Source: Amoeboradix gromovi X-113
Lineage: Eukaryota > Fungi > Sanchytriomycota
Direction of reading: 5' to 3'
Assembly (NCBI GenBank): GCA_018985225.1
Contig: JADGIF010000001.1
Coordinates: 60,001-92,000 of the forward strand
DNA: 32,000 nucleotides
The notes under the pieces: generated by a model
What the model saw: only the letters and a program-made list of their open reading frames with translations
Database searches by the model: none
Told to the model about the DNA's origin: nothing
Program-made: the position numbers and the translations under genes
Shown: positions 27,836 through 32,000 of the stretch, one piece after another
Layout: the number at the start of each line of letters is the position of its first letter
How positions within the stretch are numbered: position 1 is the stretch's first letter

Positions 27836-28897
27836 ATGAGTCAAGAAAGTGAAGCTATGAAATGTCTTACCCTAGCTAAAAGAAAATATGTCCAAAATGA
27901 TGTAGAAGGTGCTATAAGACTAGCTAAAAAAGCTAAAAGAATGGATTCCAGCTTGGAAATTGACAACCTAATAAATGCGTGGTCCAAAGAAATCCCTGTA
28001 GAGATTGAATTGACTAAAAAGCAAGAAGAACTACTAAACCGAATTTTGAATACTGACCCTGCGAAATTTTATGATATCTTAGAGCTGGAAAAGAGTTGTA
28101 CCGAAGTTGAAATTAAAAAGTCTTATCGTAAGCTAGCTCTGCATTTGCATCCAGACAAATGTCCCCATCCTAAAGCGAAAGATGCTTTTCTAATCGTTTC
28201 AAAAGCTTTTGACGTACTTTGCGACCCAGATAAAAAGAGAATGTTCGACATGAATGGTTTAGACCCAGATGATAGGAGTTCACAGTCTTCTAGATATCAG
28301 AGGTCTCAGAACATGAGAGATACTTTTAATATGGATGACATTCTAGCAGAACAGATATTTGCGCAGTTTTTTGGTATGCAAAGTGGATTTCAGCAATTTC
28401 ATAATGTTCCTCGAAGAAGACATCAGACTTTTCATTACTCCAATCCTCCGAATAGAAATAGAGCAAGGGAGAATGATGATGGATCGATACTTAGGATGTT
28501 AATCCAATGCGCACCACTAATTTTATTTATTGCACTGAGTGTCCTACCAAGCCTGATGAAGGTCTCTAATCCGCATGTTTCCTTGAATCCGGTTATGGGG
28601 TTTAGCCAGTATACGACTAGATTACGATTCAATTATTACGCCTCAGAACAGGACATTAATAGATTTGTACAGCAGGGTGGTGATATTGATAAATTTGAGA
28701 ATGAGCTAGATAAGGATATTGTAAATAAGTACAGGCAGAGATGTCTTCATGAAAGAGATTATAGATCGCAGCAAATATCAATGGCATCAAATACTTGGTT
28801 TGGGCTCAAAACTGCTGATGAAGCTGCCATTTCCAAAGCAAAAGATATTAAAATGCCGTCATGTACAGAACTGAATAAAAGAGGAATAAATTATTAA
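27836..28897 (+). CDS. ER-membrane J-domain protein, DNAJB12/14 (Hlj1-like)
   Basis: J domain EIKKSYRKLALHLHPDK...AFLIVSKAFDVL, then a G/F region, TM segment LIQCAPLILFIALS and a DUF1977-like C-terminus (C..E...MPSC..L). Confidence 0.9.
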   Translation: MSQESEAMKCLTLAKRKYVQNDVEGAIRLAKKAKRMDSSLEIDNLINAWSKEIPVEIELTKKQEELLNRILNTDPAKFYDILELEKSCTEVEIKKSYRKLALHLHPDKCPHPKAKDAFLIVSKAFDVLCDPDKKRMFDMNGLDPDDRSSQSSRYQRSQNMRDTFNMDDILAEQIFAQFFGMQSGFQQFHNVPRRRHQTFHYSNPPNRNRARENDDGSILRMLIQCAPLILFIALSVLPSLMKVSNPHVSLNPVMGFSQYTTRLRFNYYASEQDINRFVQQGGDIDKFENELDKDIVNKYRQRCLHERDYRSQQISMASNTWFGLKTADEAAISKAKDIKMPSCTELNKRGINY

Positions 28898-29460
28898 TTG
28901 GTTTTATTAAAATATGCGATCTAGTGACAAGCTGTATAATCCTACAGATTCAATGAGAGAACGGCCTTTCCCTTTGGATGGTTGTTCTAATTGACTTATG
29001 GAATGGGTGCCCCTCAAGGATTAGGTTCTTTAAATCCACTTGTTTGTCGTAGGCTTTTCTTCGGTATACCAATAAATTTACAACTAGCTTTGTTTTAGAT
29101 GTACTCATATTGGTAGGGTATCACAAGCAAGCTTCATTATAAATAACACCAAACTTAACCATTCCAAGTACTTCAGCCATGATTACCTGAAAGTCAAATG
29201 TTCAAAGTAATGAAAAACTAGATCATTGACAAAACGATACAGCTTTCAAAAGATTCGAGTCCGCATGTGAGCTCTTATTATTGTTCTTCATCAAAGACTT
29301 CAAGAAAAATTAAGCATAATCAAACAAAGGTTCTCAATGCATACTGATATCAGCAAGCCTAATTTGGTAGAAGTATATGCGATTATAGTATTCTTGGTTA
29401 CTAGAAAGGCTGATTTGATGTGGGTTATTACTCAACAAAAGACTGATACTGAATCGCCGA

Positions 29461-29940
29461 TTGGTTGACTAGATCATGGCTGCCCTCAGTAAAGTTGCTT
29501 TTATAAAGCCAGTAAACGATAGGTATAGAAATTTTGCTCTGGGTAAGGTATTAGTGACAAATATGAAATACAATGAGAGATAAAAGGAACACAACATGTC
29601 GAGAAAGTGAATGAATGTAATTAAGTGATTGCTATGGTGATGCAAGCTATTAGTGCGACAGATAGGGCCATTGTCTCACCTTGGATAAGTAACTTGTGTA
29701 TGTACTTGGTATATGGATGTTATTTTTACTTATCTCTGACTTCTGAACATCCAAAAACTGCTATGAGCATGGTGACATATTTAGATCATTCATCGATCTT
29801 TTAGAGGTTCAAGGTTGCGCCAGTCTATCCACTGCAATGTAGTTGTGGGTCAAGATGTGAATGCAAGTTATAAAAATCTTCAACTAACAGAAGTTCTGGC
29901 AAGATAGCGGTGTTTGGCCTGAATGGCAAGGAAGTATCAG
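29461..29940 (+). pseudogene. Decayed Fanzor1-like nuclease gene
   Basis: LDHG at 29469-80 (cf. RuvC-I GxDPG). One frame from 29633 reads YGDASY*CDR*GHCLTLDK*LVYVLGIWMLFLLISDF*TSKNCYEHG...EVQG. After a frameshift, LRQSIHCNVVVGQDVNASYKNL (29815-80), then GVWPEW (29909-26). This is collinear with the Fanzor1 motifs YGDxxF..KG...P, DEFxTSKxC, VxGLRxC..C...RDVNA and GxRP. Confidence 0.75.
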
Positions 29941-30212
29941 TAAGGAGAGTTCCGTAGTGCTTTATGTAATGGAAGATAGAATATCTTAGAAAATGAGATC
30001 TGCTATTTTTAGACATGTTTTCAAATTTGTTTGGTTATTGTTAAGTGTCCCATATTAAGTAACAGGGTCGCAATCAACAATTCCGAGTATTTGACATCTA
30101 AGATGTTTTCCATTATGAAAAAGTTAAATATTCTGTGTAAACACCAATTCTTTGTGTCACTTTTGTGCTCAAAGGTTAATTGTGTAATCCATTTGGGTAC
30201 CTAATTATAGGG

Positions 30213-31421
30213 ATGAAACCGGTATTAAATTCAGACAATAAATCGGGGATTGTAAATGCTATATTTCTTATGACTAAAGCATTTATAGGTACCGGTGTAT
30301 TGTTTTTGTGCAAGGCTTTTGCTAATGGTGGACTACTTGGAAGTTTAATGTTATTGTTAGTGATTGCAATATTTAGCATGATTGGAATGTGGTTTTTATT
30401 TAAATCATCATTAGGGACACCCGGGACTTATCAAGATATTGCGGGAGCACTTTATGGCAAATCATTCAAAACACTAGTAATGGCATCGTTGGTAATGTGC
30501 CAATCGGGATTTATTATGGTCTACTTTTTGTTCGTAGCATCAAATGTGCAGGATCTTGTTTCTACCCTAAGCAACTGCAAATACGAAATCGATAATAAGC
30601 CAGTTTTAATTACAATGCAGTTAATTATATACATACCTTTAGTGTTGATACGAAGGATTCAAAGTTTAACAAAATTTGCAGTTTTAGCGAACATTCTTAT
30701 GCTAGTAGGTGTTGTGTTTGTTATATACAGCTCTTTAGTGAAACTCGTTACAGAACCAGTGAACATCAAATTGTTTAATAACTTGTCTGACACTTCCTTA
30801 TTTCTTGGTACAGCTATTTTTACTTTCGAAGGGTTTGGATTGGTTATTCCTATTTCGCAATCTATGAAGGACCCTCGCCAATTTAATGGTGTATTAATCT
30901 CCACAATTGCTCTTGTATCCGCGTTGTATTTAACTATAGGAGCCATAGGTTACTCCGCCTATGGTGTAGATACACAAACTAATATATTGTTAAATATGCC
31001 TAATAACATTCCTCTAAAGATTGTGCAATTTTGTTACGTTATCGCTGTCATGCTGAGTTTTCCGCTACAGTTATTTCCCGCGATTGAGATTCTGGAAATG
31101 CCGTTCTTTTCTGATAAACCTAATGAAACATATCGCAGCGTATATCGTGCTGCTATAACTGCAGTGGCGGCTTTAGGTGCATACTTAGGTGCCAATTCGC
31201 TTGATGTATTTACTTCTTTTATCGGTGCATTTTGCGGAATGCCAGTAGGTTTTATATATCCACCGATGTTGTATCTTCGAAGCTGTGCTAGAACTAGGCT
31301 TGAAAAGACTTTTTGTTGCCTTTATATTGTTTTTGGTATTTTGGCAACAATATTTGCATCTTCGATGGCATTCCACAAGTTAATTTATGCCGAAGAAGAA
31401 TTTCAACTAAGCCACTGTTGA
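30213..31421 (+). CDS. Vacuolar/proton-coupled amino acid transporter (AAAP family, Avt3/4-like)
   Basis: KAFIGTGVLFLCKAFANGG, GTAIFTFEGFGLVIPI, SFPLQLFPA and FIYPPMLYL, with about 11 TM segments. Confidence 0.92.
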   Translation: MKPVLNSDNKSGIVNAIFLMTKAFIGTGVLFLCKAFANGGLLGSLMLLLVIAIFSMIGMWFLFKSSLGTPGTYQDIAGALYGKSFKTLVMASLVMCQSGFIMVYFLFVASNVQDLVSTLSNCKYEIDNKPVLITMQLIIYIPLVLIRRIQSLTKFAVLANILMLVGVVFVIYSSLVKLVTEPVNIKLFNNLSDTSLFLGTAIFTFEGFGLVIPISQSMKDPRQFNGVLISTIALVSALYLTIGAIGYSAYGVDTQTNILLNMPNNIPLKIVQFCYVIAVMLSFPLQLFPAIEILEMPFFSDKPNETYRSVYRAAITAVAALGAYLGANSLDVFTSFIGAFCGMPVGFIYPPMLYLRSCARTRLEKTFCCLYIVFGILATIFASSMAFHKLIYAEEEFQLSHC

Positions 31422-31434
31422 CTAAATAAATTAT

Positions 31435-32000
31435 TTATTCATCTAAACATTCTAATGCCCAGTCTGCTATAATTTTTGTTCCTTCAATTGATTTTGGTAA
31501 AAATGATTTGAAAAGTAAAAAGCCATGGCTCCTACATTAACTAGTAATTTACCATCCTGGAATAACTGTTAGCTGTGCTGCATTGTGATCTTTTTGGGCT
31601 CTTCTTAGTTTGGCACACATTAATATCGAGTCGTCCAACAATGGATCTCGATCTCCAACTAAAATACTGACTTTTGGAAACTTGGCTAGAACGACATCCG
31701 GTGCTAATAACGGTGAGAGTACAAAGTTTGTGTTTATTTGAGGGTCCATTGGAGAGTTCTTAAGATAGAGCAGAACAAGCGCCCTCATTAATTCCGCAGG
31801 TAATATTTTATCTTGAAAAAAGCATATTCTAGATGTCAACGCTATATGCCCGCCATCCTTGTTCTGCAAATAATCAAATGTAGCAGGAGAATTGTGATTA
31901 ATGTCTACGTCATAACTTCGCATTAATATCCGCTCATCTTCTATGTCATTTCTATTTCCAAATTCGGACCAAACAGTGGGGTCCTTGTACAAATCTCTGT
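31435..32000 (-). CDS. Hormone-sensitive-lipase-like alpha/beta hydrolase, 5' partial
   Basis: LSPLLAPD...FPKVSILVGDRDPLLDDS. A 21-nt intron gtaaattactagttaatgtag (31532-31552) restores the catalytic GWSHGF. Stop at 31435-31437. Confidence 0.88.

Overview
Extremely gene-dense, AT-rich eukaryotic DNA in the standard genetic code. Intergenic gaps are often only 1-50 bp and there are 19-21 nt GT-AG micro-introns. The gene set is fungal/opisthokont-like and includes axonemal genes, which suggests (inference) a compact-genome zoosporic fungus or relative. About 25 housekeeping genes and one tRNA-Arg(UCG) fill most of the window. The main finding lies in the gaps between genes, several of which hold TnpB/Fanzor (eukaryotic RNA-guided nuclease) transposon material. 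(1) Two near-identical non-autonomous elements of about 300 bp lie in inverted orientation at 10021-10303 (+) and 24732-25038 (-). Each has its own target-site duplication and both sit after the same AACCG motif. They share an identical, foldable 88-nt right end that looks like an omegaRNA scaffold. One copy keeps a zinc-finger/RuvC-III fragment containing a host-style 20-nt intron. (2) A decayed Fanzor2-like gene lies at about 21.4-21.9 kb. (3) A decayed Fanzor1-like gene lies at about 29.5-29.9 kb. No intact nuclease or transposase is present in the window. All family assignments come from motif recognition by eye; no database searches were run.
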